The position numbers were made by a program, and so were the translations under genes. A stretch of 63,056 bases of DNA, filler included, from Octopus bimaculoides (Eukaryota): NCBI RefSeq assembly GCF_001194135.2. It is 6 parts of 6 records of this genome, joined end to end, with 100 filler letters (N's around TTAATTAATTAA, not from the genome) between each part and the next. Parts side by side here need not be neighbours in the genome. Positions count along the whole stretch, not along the records: positions 11,900 to 23,772 come from NC_068981.1; positions 23,873 to 29,683 come from NC_068982.1; 4 more parts are not named here. The stretch is one strand, 5' to 3'. The notes under the pieces are model-generated. The model was not told the DNA's origin, searched no databases, and saw only the letters and a program-made list of their open reading frames with translations. Positions 11,941 to 25,942 of this stretch are shown here, in pieces (within the stretch, counting starts at the first letter, position 1; each line of letters begins with the position of its first letter).

Positions 11941-12155
11941 GTGAAGGCGCTTCGCTTAATGATTTGGGTATTCGGCTCAGGATCGAAAAGTCCTGAGTTC
12001 GATTCCCAGCGGTCCGTTGTGTGCTTGAGCAAGACATTTTATTTCACGTTGCTTCAGTTCACTCAGCTGGCAAAAATGAGCCGTACCTGTAATTCAAAGG
12101 GGGCCAGCCTTGTCCCATTCTGAATCTCTCTGAGAATTACGTTGGGGGTACGTTT
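11941..12155 (+). mobile_element. SINE family C (5' part)
   Basis: gtgaaggcgc...gagttcgattccc B-box, then tgagcaagacattttatttcacgttg; homologous to the reverse complement of 40190-40508. Confidence 0.8.
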
Positions 12156-12550
12156 GACTAAAAGTTCTCCAAGACAGTCTAATGACTGAAACCAGTAAAA
12201 GATTAAAGATTGAAAAGTGTGTCTTGTATGCCATCAAATACAGTTCCTAACGTTGGACAGCTGAAACCAACGCTGACCTTGGGCTAAAGAACAGTGGTAA
12301 CTGTCATACGGAAATATAGAACGGTCGATGGAAGTATAACAGGCACATACTGCTATACTTCGTCTCTAAAATATGTCTGATCACTGATTATAGAAATATC
12401 CAATATGTTTCTTAATTAAACAGAGACATGAGTTAAACAAGGAAGTCGTGTGTGTGTGTGTGTGTGTGTGTGAGCGTGTGACTAGTTTCGTTCATTGACA
12501 ACAACCCAGTATCAAACCAGATGTTACTGTCGATAATATAATGATGAAGT

Positions 12551-12890
12551 AAGGCAATGAGCTGGCGGAGTCGTTAGCACGTAGGACAAGATGCTTAGCA
12601 ACATATCTTCCGACTTCCATGTTCTGAGTTCAAATGCCGTCGAGGTCGATGTTGCATTTTGTCCTTTCGGAGCCGATAAAATAAGTACCAGTTGAGCACT
12701 GGGCGGGGCGGGGGTGTCTATGTAATTGACTAAACCCTTTCCCCCAAATCTTCTGGCCTTGTGCTCAACATTGTGAGTTCAAATTCCGAAAGGTCGACTT
12801 TACTTTCCAGTTAAACACTGGTGGCAATGTGACCGGCTCAACCCCTCCCCCCAGGAATTGCTGGCCCTGTGCCAAAATTTGAAACTAATT
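12551..12890 (+). mobile_element. SINE family B, full copy plus partial second copy
   Basis: aaggcaatgagctggcggagtcgttagc...gttctgagttcaaatgcc; second gagttcaaattcc at about 12775. Confidence 0.75.
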
Positions 12891-13599
12891 CTGAGGTGTT
12901 TGTTTTTTTTTTTTAATTTTATCTTTTATATGAGACTCTTCTTGAAATTTCTTCTTCCTTTCACTCAGTTTGTTAAATTCAGTAAAAGACCAAACTGGGT
13001 TTCATGGCGGATGGAAACTCGAGTCACAAAAATGAATTAACAGCAACAGCAACAAGAACAACAGCAACAACACAACAACAGCAACAACAAACACAAGCGA
13101 TAAACAAAGGAATCTATTGCAAAGCTGTAGGGATCACAAGCAATATCTTCTCTAAACTTCGATCTCGCTTTTGACCTTATTTTTCTAGTTTTTAATTAAT
13201 TTAATATTTCTCGGTTTCTTTCTTACCTCTTCCTCCTCGTCCTCCTCCTCCCCCTCCATCCCCTAATCTAATTGTATTTTGTTGTTTTTAATGCTGTTTT
13301 TGTTGCTATCGTCGCAGTTACTGTAATTGTTATTATTTTTGTTGTTGCTGTTGTTGTTGGTGGTGGTGGTGTATTGTGTATTGTGTAGCAATAACAACAT
13401 TGTTGCTATTGTTGTAGTTGATTCAACGCAACTGTATACAGTTTTAATTTTTTTCTTTTCTTCTTCTTCGCCTCCAATTAGCTGGTCGAGTAATGGCGTA
13501 ATTAACATGGCACCAATCAGGAGTTCCAATGTTTGAAACAGGGAAAAAGGTTTGCGAGAAAAAATAGAAAATTGAAATAAATAGATAGAAACATAGATA

Positions 13600-13644
13600 G
13601 ACAGATAGACTGGTGGCTAGCTAAATAGATAGCTAGATGTATCT

Positions 13645-13715
<71 letters not shown>

Positions 13716-13770
13716 CCGATAGATAGATAAACAGATACATAGATGTATAGACACATAGATACATAAATAA

Positions 13771-13816
<46 letters not shown>

Positions 13817-14360
13817 GGATAGATAGATGGATAGATAGATAGGTAAACAAATAGATAGATATATGTATTTATAACCAGACAAGCGGACAGATAGAGATAG
13901 AGAGACAGACAGGCAAAGAGATAGAAAGAGATGAATAGATAGATAGACAGATAGATAGATTGATAAATAGATAGATAAATAGTTTGAGAGATAGACAGAT
14001 TAATAGATAGGCAGATGGGAAGAGCGAAAAGGAGGCAGATAGAGAGACAGATGACTAAAGGGATAGATAGATAAATAAATGGATTGAGAAAGAGAAAAGG
14101 AGAAAAGGGAGAATTGTGAAAATGGGATGAAGAGGAGGAAGTTATGGAGTTAATATGTATGACGTCAATAAATTAATGTTGTTATTTGTTGTCATGTTTA
14201 ATTATAATGTGATATTTGAGCGGCTGTGTATTGGAGGAGAAGGAAGAGGTAAAGTGTGAAAGGGTGACAGACAGAGAAATAGATAGAGTAAGAGGAGGTG
14301 AAAGAGAGATCGATAAATAGATAGATAGATAGACAGATAGATAGATAGAGACAGAGTGCT
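13600..14360. repeat. (GA)n/(GATA)n compound microsatellite region
   Basis: Directly visible. Confidence 0.9.
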
Positions 14361-14542
14361 TCTCAGTAAGCAGTAAAATATATTTGATGAAAAAAGTATA
14401 GATGTAGTTGATGAGAATGGATGGAGAAATGAGGATAGAAGTGGGAGTGGGACACCAAGTGGGTAAAAGAAGGACAGAGATAGAGAGAGAAATGTGGGGG
14501 GAGAAATACTAAGAGAGTGTAAGAGAAAGCAGAAAAAGTATA

Positions 14543-14596
<54 letters not shown>

Positions 14597-15418
14597 GAGA
14601 GAAAGAGGGAGGAAGTTTGCAAAAGAAGAAAAAGTATTGGAGAAAGTGAAGGGAGCTGAGATGAGGAGATAGTTAAGATTACGATGATGATAATGATGTT
14701 GATGATGATGATGACGACGACAACGACGTTGAAGCCTGATGATAATGATGATGATGATATGAATATTGTGATGCGGCCGATAATGATGATGGTGATGGTG
14801 GTGATGGTGATGGTGGTGATGGTGGTGATGTTGATGAATGAGGAGAAAAAAAAAGTAGCTGTGAAAAGAAAAAATAGTTGCACAAGTTTATGATGTGATG
14901 TAAAGCGATACTCTGCGCATGCGTCAGATTGCATGTAATATAAACTGGGCAGATCTGATAGGCGCGTAGTAATTTCAAAGAGGTTATAAGGTTAGCCGTA
15001 ACAAATGTAGTTCTGTTCTAAATGTATGGAAGACGTTAATTGCATGGGGAAAGCTTTTTGAACGAATCTAGCTCTAACTGGATACTATCTCTTTTAACAG
15101 AAAATTGTTTCAGCAATTGATATATATATATATATGTGCGTATACACGCATACATGTATAGATATATGTATGTATGTATATAAACAAAGACTGGAGTTTT
15201 TGACATTAGTTTTTATTCTGTAGTTACATTCGTTTCAATACAACATGGAAAATGTGTTTCATGAGCATAAACATTAGTATTAATAATAATATAAATAGCA
15301 TGAATTCGTAATGTCATAATATCTATGCCTACATTATTTAGTTCCATGTGCACGTCATCATATAAAATCTCGTAAATAATGTTCTTAACACGTGCGATAT
15401 AGAAGATTCGTAAGGAGT

Positions 15419-15507
<89 letters not shown>

Positions 15508-16047
15508 GAGAGAAAGAGTGAGAGAAGTGGGAGAGAGATGCACGAAATGCACATGGTACTTTATGCATGTATATATATATATATTATGACATTATTAATT
15601 CATTATATTCATATTATTATTAATATTAATATTTATGTCCATGAAATGTATTTCCCATGGAAACAGCTGTAACTACAGAATTAAAAATAATCTTACGAAT
15701 TCAAGTTTTCGTTTTCACATATCCTCACTCTGCGATTGATTTAAATGTCGGAAGTTAAACTAAGGCTGTAACTGGGACGAGAGGGTCCATACGCATTATA
15801 TACTATTCGTGTGAAAAATCCTGAATATTAAATGTTACTCCTAATTCACCTGAAGAAAACTTTACTTCTATACGATGTAATTATTTTGTTCATCAATAAA
15901 GAACACGTCTGAAACAGCTGTAGTGAATCTCAGCTCATGTGGTATTGTTTACACATACACACACGCGCGCACGCGCACACGCACACGCACACGCACACAC
16001 ATAAACACACACATATATATATAGAGAGAAAGAGAGTAAAATCTGCG

Positions 16048-16259
16048 AACGTAAATTGGCATCCCTGGTTAGGACGATGTTACTACCTTTTTTAGCCCCA
16101 GGAAAATATCTCCACCTGCTGGCTACCGACGCACAACTGCATACTTATACCTCGAACAAAGGAGCTAATGTCCCCATGCTGAGTGCGGACATTAGCCCCT
16201 TGTTCTGGGGCTAAAAAAAGGTAGTAACATCGCCCTGACCAGAACTGTCAATTTACGTT
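16048..16259. mobile_element. MITE with about 55-bp TIRs and internal hairpin
   Basis: Arms 16048-16101 and 16205-16259 (cgatgttactaccttttttagccccag / ctggggctaaaaaaaggtagtaacatcg); inner stem 16154-16205. Confidence 0.8.
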
Positions 16260-16319
16260 GGTAAAAAGATTTTGCTGTGGCATATGGTAGCCGATACTTC
16301 TCGATCAGAGATTTAAAAT

Positions 16320-16370
16320 TACCGTATTTGATTGCCTATAAGACGCACGAGTGCATAGGACGCACCCTAG
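16320..16370 (+). mobile_element. Tc2/pogo-like transposon terminus
   Basis: TA-CCGTATTT..CTATAAGACGCAC resembles Tc2-group TIRs; no partner end found. Confidence 0.4.
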
Positions 16371-16743
16371 CCTCGGCTATACTTTGGTAAAATAAATTAC
16401 CACTAAAATAATGTCTTAATTACCTCTATAACTTTATGTTATTACTAGTAATTATAAGCAATTTATTGCATCCACATTCGATATAAACATACCGTAGGCT
16501 AGGCTACTAGGCTACACCTACGTGATCTCCGATGTATATCTTCGGCAAATAGTCGCGAGTTTTGAGTCTACATTGAGTGTATTGAACGCAGGGGTGGGGT
16601 GGGNNNNNNNNNNNNNNNNNNNNNNNNNNNNNNNNNNNNNNNNNNNNNNNNNNNNNNNNNNNNNNNNNNNNNNNNNNNNNNNNNNNNNNNNNNNNNNNNN
16701 NNNNNNNNNNNNNNNNNNNNNNNNNCACACACACACACACACA

Positions 16744-16789
<46 letters not shown>

Positions 16790-17698
16790 GTTCAAATTTA
16801 CAGCAATCAAAACACGAAGACGGGTGTATTATATGTTTGGCGCAGAAACAAATGTTGTAATTTGCAATTAAAGCCTGTTGTAACCATCTTCGTGATCAAT
16901 ACATTTTTATATTAACCCTATACAATAGTGGAGTTTCGTATGTTTATCCAGCCTTGAAAAACCTCTCGCTGTAAGATGGCATATGGTAGCCGATAACAGT
17001 ATAGAAGCTTTTAAATACACGTTATTAGGTTATCACCCAGATTATATTGTGTGTGTGTGTGCGTGTGAGGTACACGTGACAATTTCTGAATGTTGGTTTA
17101 TTTCGTTTTATGGCAGTACTTATTTAATGTGCCCTCTTGGCAATTGCTTAAAATTGTTTCTTAAGAGAATAAAAATAAAAAAAAGAAAGAGAAAGAAATA
17201 ATTTAATCCAAAATTTTTGTGCGAAACTTGGTCAAAAATCTATGTTTTGTGGCATTACAGATAAGAAAGGGTAAAATAATGGAAAGCGAGAAAGAAGGAG
17301 AAAAAAGGACCCAAAGAAATCCAAAACGAATAAGAAAGACTTCCATTAAAGTTTCCCTGCCATAGATTTTTTCCTGTTTTTAAAATTAAGAAATCTTATT
17401 GTATTGGCCTCAGGGAGCGCTTGGCTGTGTGTTTATGTCTTGTAGAGACAACCACGCGCGCTCGCGCGTGCCCGTGTGTATATGCATACGTATATACATA
17501 TATCCGTGCGTGTGTATGTCGATATACAGATATGCATGCATACATATTCGTGTATCCCCCGTATTATATATTTAGATATGCGTATGAACACACTCACGCA
17601 CACACATGTGTGTGTGTGTATGTATGCATGTATGTATACATATATATATATATATATATGTGTGTATGTATATATAGATGTATATATATATATGTATG

Positions 17699-17754
<56 letters not shown>

Positions 17755-17805
17755 TATGTGTGTATGTATATATATATGTGTATTTATATATATATACATA
17801 TATCT

Positions 17806-17882
<77 letters not shown>

Positions 17883-19394
17883 CATGATATATATATATTT
17901 GTATGTGTTAGTGCGTGTTTATGTATATGTGCATATGTGTACCTTCTTCCCGTGTATGTCTATGTCTACGTGTGTGTGTGTATGTTAGTGGGATAGTCGG
18001 TGAATGCCTGAGGCCGGAATACTCGCCCTCCATCCTCCACACAGTCACACTGTAAAACCTGTTTACTAAGGCATCTGCGAAGACGGAGATGTTCTTCTAC
18101 AACAACGCTAGCAAAGTCTCCAACTTAGCTCAAATGTTCTCGGGCGAAAAATTAAACGAATCGCTATTCTTAATATAATTTTGCGTGTTGAAATATTTAT
18201 TATTATTATTATCTCCCCCCCCTCCGACCACCACCTTTTTCTTTCTGTTTTTGTTGCTATTCGTGACGATGTTAATTTTTAAATTTCATTTTAAAGCAAC
18301 AATCACAAACAGAAAAAGACGAAAAAAAAAAAAAAGCAAGGAAGATATTTAATAATCAAAATTCAGATTTGAGAAGCAAAACAAAAAAACCCCAAAAAAC
18401 TACAGTTAAACAAAAACAATAAAATAAAGTATTTGTTTCTCTGTAGACTTTAAGAATGTGTTAGCATTGTTTACCACTTATGTCTAATTAAAATATAAAG
18501 TTACAATGAAATGTTATTTTCATTGACACAACTTTAGTTTGGAGTTGACAAGAACTATGTGTTATAATTTCACCGTTGGAATGTTGACACACACACACAC
18601 ACACACACAACCGTATGTGTATATAAATATATATATACATATATATATATACATACATACATACATATATATATAGATAGATAAATATATATATATACAT
18701 ACATACATATATATATTAATGTATGTATATATANNNNNNNNNNNNNNNNNNNNNNNNNNNNNNNNNNNNNNNNNNNNNNNNNNNNNNNNNNNNNNNNNNN
18801 NNNNNNNNNNNNNNNNNNNNNNNNNNNNNNNNNNNNNNNNNNNNNNNNNNNNNNNNNNNNNNNNNNNNNNNNNNNNNNNNNNNNNNNNNNNNNNNNNNNN
18901 NNNNNNNNNNNNNNNNNNNNNNNNNNNNNNNNNNNNNNNNNNNNNNNNNNNNNNNNNNNNNNNNNNNNNNNNNNNNNNNNNNNNNNNNNNNNNNNNNNNN
19001 NNNNNNNNNNNNNNNNNNNNNNNNNNNNNNNNNNNNNNNNNNNNNNNNNNNNNNNNNNNNNNNNNNNNNNNNNNNNNNNNNNNNNNNNNNNNNNNNNNNN
19101 NNNNNNNNNNNNNNNNNNNNNNNNNNNNNNNNNNNNNNNNNNNNNNNNNNNNNNNNNNNNNNNNNNNNNNNNNNNNNNNNNNNNNNNNNNNNNNNNNNNN
19201 NNNNNNNNNNNNNNNNNNNNNNNNNNNNNNNNNNNNNNNNNNNNNNNNNNNNNNNNNNNNNNNNNNNNNNNNNNNNNNNNNNNNNNNNNNNNNNNNNNNN
19301 NNNNNNNNNNNNNNNNNNNNNNNNNNNNNNNNNNNNNNNNNNNNNNNNNNNNNNNNNNTATGTATATGTTTATGTATATTTACCTTTTATGCAT

Positions 19395-19740
19395 TTCCGC
19401 CAATATGCTGCGATCATGCTGGAGTACCACCGTGTCTGCGAATTCTTTCCATAGCTTTCTTATATGGTCGATTTCTTCTGGCTGATGGGATTCCATATCA
19501 CCATTCTTGTATGTGCTTATTTTTCTTGGTTGTTGGCTCATTTGGTGTATGAGGCTAATTGATAAGTGCTGTCTTGTCTTTACTTCTTGCCGGGACATTG
19601 CTTCATCTGGCACCGTGGACAGGAGACTGGCTAATTTCTGTTTGAAGACATCCACATCGTGTAGGTTTCTTAATTCTTTTGCCAGAGAATTAAAGAACTG
19701 TGGGCCTTTGAACATTAAGCTACTTGGTCCTCACTTTGGA
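19395..19740 (-). mobile_element. CR1/L2-like LINE 3' end
   Basis: FKGPQFFNSLAKELRNLHDVDVFKQKLASLLSTVPDE; homologous to 31745-32070; tail ggtggtactccagcatgatcgcag. Confidence 0.75.
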
Positions 19741-21289
19741 TGGAACGGACAGTAAGTTTGACACTAAGCAGTGACGTCCAGTACGGGCAATTCTATAGAA
19801 CTTGATGTCGAAATTAAGAACTAGCTTTCCCAGGATTTTATACATGTCAATTATTACATATCACTCACGTCTTTGATCCATGTCAATTATTACATATCAC
19901 TCGCGTCTCCCCAATTTGTTACACTGAGCAATCTTTTAGTAGTTTGGATCGCTTCTCGCTGCCTATCTGTGACGTCAGAGAGATGGCCCTTAAGTTTATT
20001 GCATCTGCATTCTCGCGCCTTTATGGATTTCTGTAATTCTAGATACCGTCCACATTATTTATGAACACGACTGGCTCTGAAAGACTTTAGCTGTTGTTTA
20101 ACTTCAATCAGTCATTCCTTAACTATTAATATCCTCTGGAATATTCAGGACACTATAACATTCAACGTGGCCTTCTGATTTAAGACACTATGCAGTAATT
20201 CAAGGAGCATCTGACTGCTGTTTCTAGCATATTAAAACACCTAATAAAGGCTCCCTACTTTGCTTGCTGTAATCTAGGAGATATATTGTTAACTCGCTGC
20301 GTCCTCTCATATCGAATTAAGACTATAACTGAGGCCCGCTGAGTCATACATCATGTGCACACACGCATGCGTAAACACACATACTCACACGTACACAACA
20401 CAGACTTATTGCACACACACACATACACGCGCGTACACACGCGCGCACACACGCGCGCACACATGCACACACAGTCACACGCAACACATTACATTACAGA
20501 TAGACATTACATATATAGTTATATTTCAAACAAATACAGACTCCCTCTCTAACTCTCCCGTTCCACATACACACACACACTTAAACACACACACACTTAA
20601 ACATACACAAACTTAAATACACACACACACACACACACACATACACACAAAGGCCCATATGCATGCATAACATCATACATACATAAACACACAACATAGA
20701 CACATTACACATGCATAAAAATATTATACATAAATATATACTGTCGCACATCCACAAACATACACGCGTACATACACACACACACACACACACAGACAGA
20801 TGCATATTCGTCTTTATAGTGTTTATTCAGTAAACAATGTGGACATACAATGCATTTGAAATTAATGAACAATACACAATGTACAACAAAACATACACAT
20901 ATACCGTTTCACACAGGCACGCACGCATGCACGCACATACACAAACATAAATATGCCTTCATACACACACATTTACAGACACGCATTGTATACGTGTGTG
21001 TATACACAGCTTCAAATATATATATATATATATATATATATANNNNNNNNNNNNNNNNNNNNNNNNNNNNNNNNNNNNNNNNNNNNNNNNNNNNNNNNNN
21101 NNNNNNNNNNNNNNNNNNNNNNNNNNNNNNNNNNNNNNNNNNNNNNNNNNNNNNNNNNNNNNNNNNNNNNNNNNNNNNNNNNNNNNNNNNNNNNNNNNNN
21201 NNNNNNNNNNNNNNNNNNNNNNNNNNNNNNNNNNNNNNNNNNNNNNNNNNNNNNNNNNNNNNNNNNNNNNNNNNNNNNNNNNNNNNNNN

Positions 21290-21335
<46 letters not shown>

Positions 21336-21349
21336 GTGACTCTGTGTGT

Positions 21350-21386
<37 letters not shown>

Positions 21387-22184
21387 TGTATGTGTACATG
21401 CGCGTATACACCTGCGAGTGTTTTAGCTTCTAGCTAAATGTTCCTATCTAAATTGTGATCCTCTCTCCTAATTGACTGACTCAGTCTGCTGATTTGATAT
21501 TTATTATCTGGAAGCCAACAGAAAACAATATTTATTTCACTATTATTTTTGTTATTTGATCATTGGAAAGTTAATTATTCTCTCTCCACATGTTCTATTG
21601 TTAATTTGCTTATCGTTTATTAAGAACTGTATCATTTTTTTAGATTTATATTCCATAGATGAAAAGCCCCATATTGGTTCGGTAAAATGAGATATGGAAG
21701 GGCTCATGCGTTTCCGAAGGGCTCAATTGAAATTGATTGAATCAGTAATCAAAAGCAGAGTTGATATCTCTATAACCGGAAGTGGAAATAAACCTTCTGT
21801 TTATAATTTTACATCAAATCTGCAGGGCCGTGGGGCTGTGCGTCCATTTCATCAATTCAAGTTATTAATTGAACTCAAAACTTGTAATGACACAGAATAT
21901 ATCAAGTGTTCCACCGGGTCTACCATCAAATATTATTATTATTATTATTATATAGTTCAAATTTATAGAAAAAGAAAAGACGAAGACAGGTGTATGAACA
22001 AGAAGCAAGTGTATTAGTTTGATGCTCGGGAAAAATGGAAAAGACTTTTATGTTTCGAGCCTACGCTCTTCAACAGAAAGGAATAAGAGAAAAATAAACA
22101 AAGAGAGAGAAAGAATGAAAAAGAAACGTGTAGAATTTAGAGGTCCAACATGTTATTTAACATGGATAGTGTCTTGAGATCTGG

Positions 22185-22760
22185 TGACAACATTTCTTCT
22201 CACAGCTCAAGAATCTTCCTTAGGGTTCTTCCGGAATTTAGGGTGGTACTTTTCTCCAGGTTGACAGTGTAAGTCTCAATTCTAATCTCTTTTAGTCTTT
22301 TGGGTATCATTTTTGGTATTGGTGCCAAGTGCTCCAATTTCTACAGGAATAAATGTAATCTTAGTGTTCCACATTCTCTTCACCTCCATGGTTAGGTCCT
22401 GATATCTCTAATCTTTCAATTTCTGTGGTATCCATTCTATTGTCACACGGCATTGCTATAAACTCAATTTGTTTCTTCATATCTGGTCTTCATCAAAAGC
22501 ATGGTCAGTCTTTATGGGGGAAATTCCTATAAAATCCTGTATTTATTTTTATGAGACTTCTTTATTGGTTCTTATAACCTGCTCTCTTTTCTGCTTCAAC
22601 AGCAGGCTACAACCCATAGCCGATGGTATCAAACAACCTTCTTGTCTTTCTCATTCCTTTCATCAATCTAGCCATCGTGTGCCTTTTGTAATATTATAGC
22701 TGCTTGCAATAAGCAATCTCCTTGCAGTAGCTCCATTTCACAGCCCACTTCTATCTTCTC
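22185..22760 (-). mobile_element. R4/Dong-like LINE, restriction-like endonuclease relic
   Basis: RPD ... RYQDLTMEVKRMWNTKITFIPVEIGALGT ... RTLRKIL, frameshifted. Confidence 0.7.
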
Positions 22761-23464
22761 CATCCATTTTGCAATCCTTCATTGTCCCTATGCCCCTACA
22801 ATTACTTGTATGGTAATTAAACTTTTTTTATTTTCCACATCGCAATTACTATTTGTGTCAAACAGACATCATGGACCAATGGGGAGCTATGTCTTATGAA
22901 TTTTGGCCGCAGCTCTGAGCTGAAACTATAGAAAAAACAAACAAACTGTTAGGTCAAGTTTGTTGTGCTCTAAGTGTTTATCCGTTTGAATGGGAAAATT
23001 CCACAAGATTCGATACAACACAACGCATTCTGTTACTGCATTTTTCGGCATATAGTTCAATGTAGTACATAGGCTAAACGTTATTATAAACATTCAAACA
23101 CCTTCACTTGTTTCTTTCCAAATCTTCCTGCATTTTACATAGAATTTCTGGTCCACGAAAGTCGTTTCGGTATATAAGTCGACCTTTTTTGGCTGTAAAT
23201 TTGCGTTCGAAAATTCGATTTGTATGCTGGGATATAAACAGCAGAATATTACAGAAGTCTGTACTGTCGTCATTCATTATAATAACAGAAAAGATACGGC
23301 AGGGAATCAAGCCAAGCAAACAATATACAACTCTTACACTAATGACACGCTACAGTATAATAACTACAAGACACAATTCGAGGTGAGATCGAATTAAAGA
23401 ACACAACCCACACAACATAATTATCCTTCATAGATGGTACCCCAAACTGTGACAATTCACACAC

Positions 23465-23515
<51 letters not shown>

Positions 23516-23563
23516 AACACACACTATATACAATACACTTGAGATTTTATACAAAAGCTCGTG

Positions 23564-23599
<36 letters not shown>

Positions 23600-23872
23600 A
23601 GACGAACTACTAGCGTTCTACCTCAGATTTGCGTTTGGCCATACGGCTTTTGAATGTTGTTTTCACTGTCCATTTTTTCCTGTCTTGGTTTGTGTTTGCC
23701 ACCTTGGAATCCTCTGTGTAGTGGGTTGATCCACTACTCAGGAAGAGACTATTCTAGAGTACGTTCTGTCTTNNNNNNNNNNNNNNNNNNNNNNNNNNNN
23801 NNNNNNNNNNNNNNNNTTAATTAATTAANNNNNNNNNNNNNNNNNNNNNNNNNNNNNNNNNNNNNNNNNNNN

Positions 23873-23910
<38 letters not shown>

Positions 23911-24471
23911 TGCACTGATCCGTAATTGGAAGATCAAGAAAATGTGCTCCATCTGATGGAAGTTGATAAGTATTATTTCATAAACACATTTACGTTTTAT
24001 GTGCCACTATTAGTTTCGAGTGCCGAGCGCAAGCTAGACAGTATTTTTAAATACTCTGGTGTCGTAGCACAATCATCAGCCACTGCCCACAGCACAACTC
24101 ACCAAAAAGATTTTAATCCGCTATGCCATATGGATAGTGCTTGATTATCGTGCGAGGACCCCAGACGTTACAAAATATTGTCTGACGTGCTCTTGGCACA
24201 TCCCACTAATAGTAGCACGTAAAGAGAAACTTCCATTTTGTTGATGGAATAATACATATGCATTTTATAAGCACTAAATGAATTCTTGAATCAAGGATGG
24301 GTATGGAAACAACTTAAGAATTCGGGCAAATACTCTCTAGAAGACGGAAAAACATGGCTCGGTTACTTTTCGTGCGTCTACTGAATAATTTCCTCCGATC
24401 TCCTAAGCTGTCTCAACATAAATCTTGCATTTGTGAATTCCTGTTTATTGTGTACAACACCGATAAAACAC

Positions 24472-25760
24472 TGGGTAGAAAACTACAGGGAATTCATAGA
24501 TTAACGCTTCAAAATAGACATTATCATAAAAGCCACCCAACCGATACTTGAAGAAAACACATGCACATTTAACAGCAAGATATACCGACAGTTAAAGGGC
24601 GCGGCTATGGGTACGAAATTCGCACCTTCATGTACCAACCTGGTTATGGGTTTCCTTGAGAAATACGAAAATCTTCGAACACGACTTCAGAAAAGACATC
24701 AAGAATAATTGGAAACGCTACCTTGATGACGGTCTCATCTTTTGGAACAGATCAGATCTAGGAACATTCCACAACATCCTCAAAACACTGAACCCATCTA
24801 TCAACTTCACTACAGAAACCAGCTATAACGAACTTCCCTTCCTAGAAATCAACATCAAGATACACAACTCCATCATCACAACAGAAATTTACTGCAAATA
24901 TATCCGACACGCACCAATATTTAAATTTCTACTCCTGACCGTATACCACATAAAAAGAAACATCCCATATAGTATGGCAAGACGCATATGCAACATAGTG
25001 GCCGACTCACAAACACACCAAAGAAGACTAAATGAACTTAAAACTTCCTACAAGAACAGAAATACCCACTCAAATTAATAAAAAACGGAATCTCAAGAGC
25101 AATGAAACTGGACATCACAGAACTCAGAACTCAGAACTCCAAAAAGGAAAAGCAAAGAAAACATCATCCCATTCATAAAAGCACACAACTCTGGAGTTAC
25201 GATCATGTTTCAAATTATACAATCAAACTTATCAATAGTCCTACAAAGCCACCAAATGGGAAACGTATTAAACAAATACTGCATAAGAAACAGTAAACGC
25301 CAAGAGAAAAACCTGAATAAACAACTGGCAAGAGCTAAATTTTCAGCAGAGAATGAAAACGAATTCTCTGTGAAAGAATAGTAGATGGAGATAGTAGATG
25401 TGGGATCTGCAGTAACTCCATCTACAAATACATAGAAGAAAACACCTTCATAAAATTTGAGAGTGATCGCACATTCAAAGCAAATGCAAACATGAATTCC
25501 AAGACACAAGACTTAATATATTTCATAACCTGTCCCACATGCATATATAGGTGAAACTGGCAATTATTTATGCCAACGAACCAGAATTCACGGACAACAT
25601 ATCCGATAGGGAGAGCTACAAAAATATTCACTAAGTAGGCACTTAGAAACATGTGGAGAAGGAACATTCAAAATCTTTCCCTTCTATAAATGCCCAAGGA
25701 ATGACACCTTCTTCAGAAAAAATATGGAACAACACTTCATAGCAAAATTTTTCCCCCAAA
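24472..25760 (+). mobile_element. Penelope-like element relic: RT plus GIY-YIG endonuclease
   Basis: ILEENTCTFNSKIYRQLKGAAMGTKFAPS, WKRYLDDGLIFW, LPFLEINI, KRNIPYSMARRI, DLIYFITCPTC..IGET; several frameshifts and stops. Confidence 0.88.
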
Positions 25761-25838
25761 CTGAAGGGCTGAAAACATATCACATCAACTTACTTATAAA
25801 CCCATCTGAAGCCCTAAGATATATGCATCTGTGTGTGT

Positions 25839-25877
<39 letters not shown>

Positions 25878-25910
25878 TGTGTGTGTGTGTATGTGTGTNN
25901 NNNNNNNNGT

Positions 25911-25942
<32 letters not shown>

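Noticed and set aside
19843-19908. 36-bp tandem duplication (similar 46-bp-period duplication at 33524-33604)
   Set aside because: Ordinary slippage duplications; a hAT-like cagaggttctcaacc in the second lacks a partner end.
19970-19977. CRE site TGACGTCA (also 46803) and CCAAT box near 56264
   Set aside because: Isolated short motifs with no TSS evidence.
21694-22017. 107-aa ORF MEGLMRF...
   Set aside because: No recognisable motif or splice context; it runs into (TAT)n.
23950-24250. Discontinuous inverted repeats suggesting a MITE
   Set aside because: Matches are short and gapped, with no definable ends or TSD.
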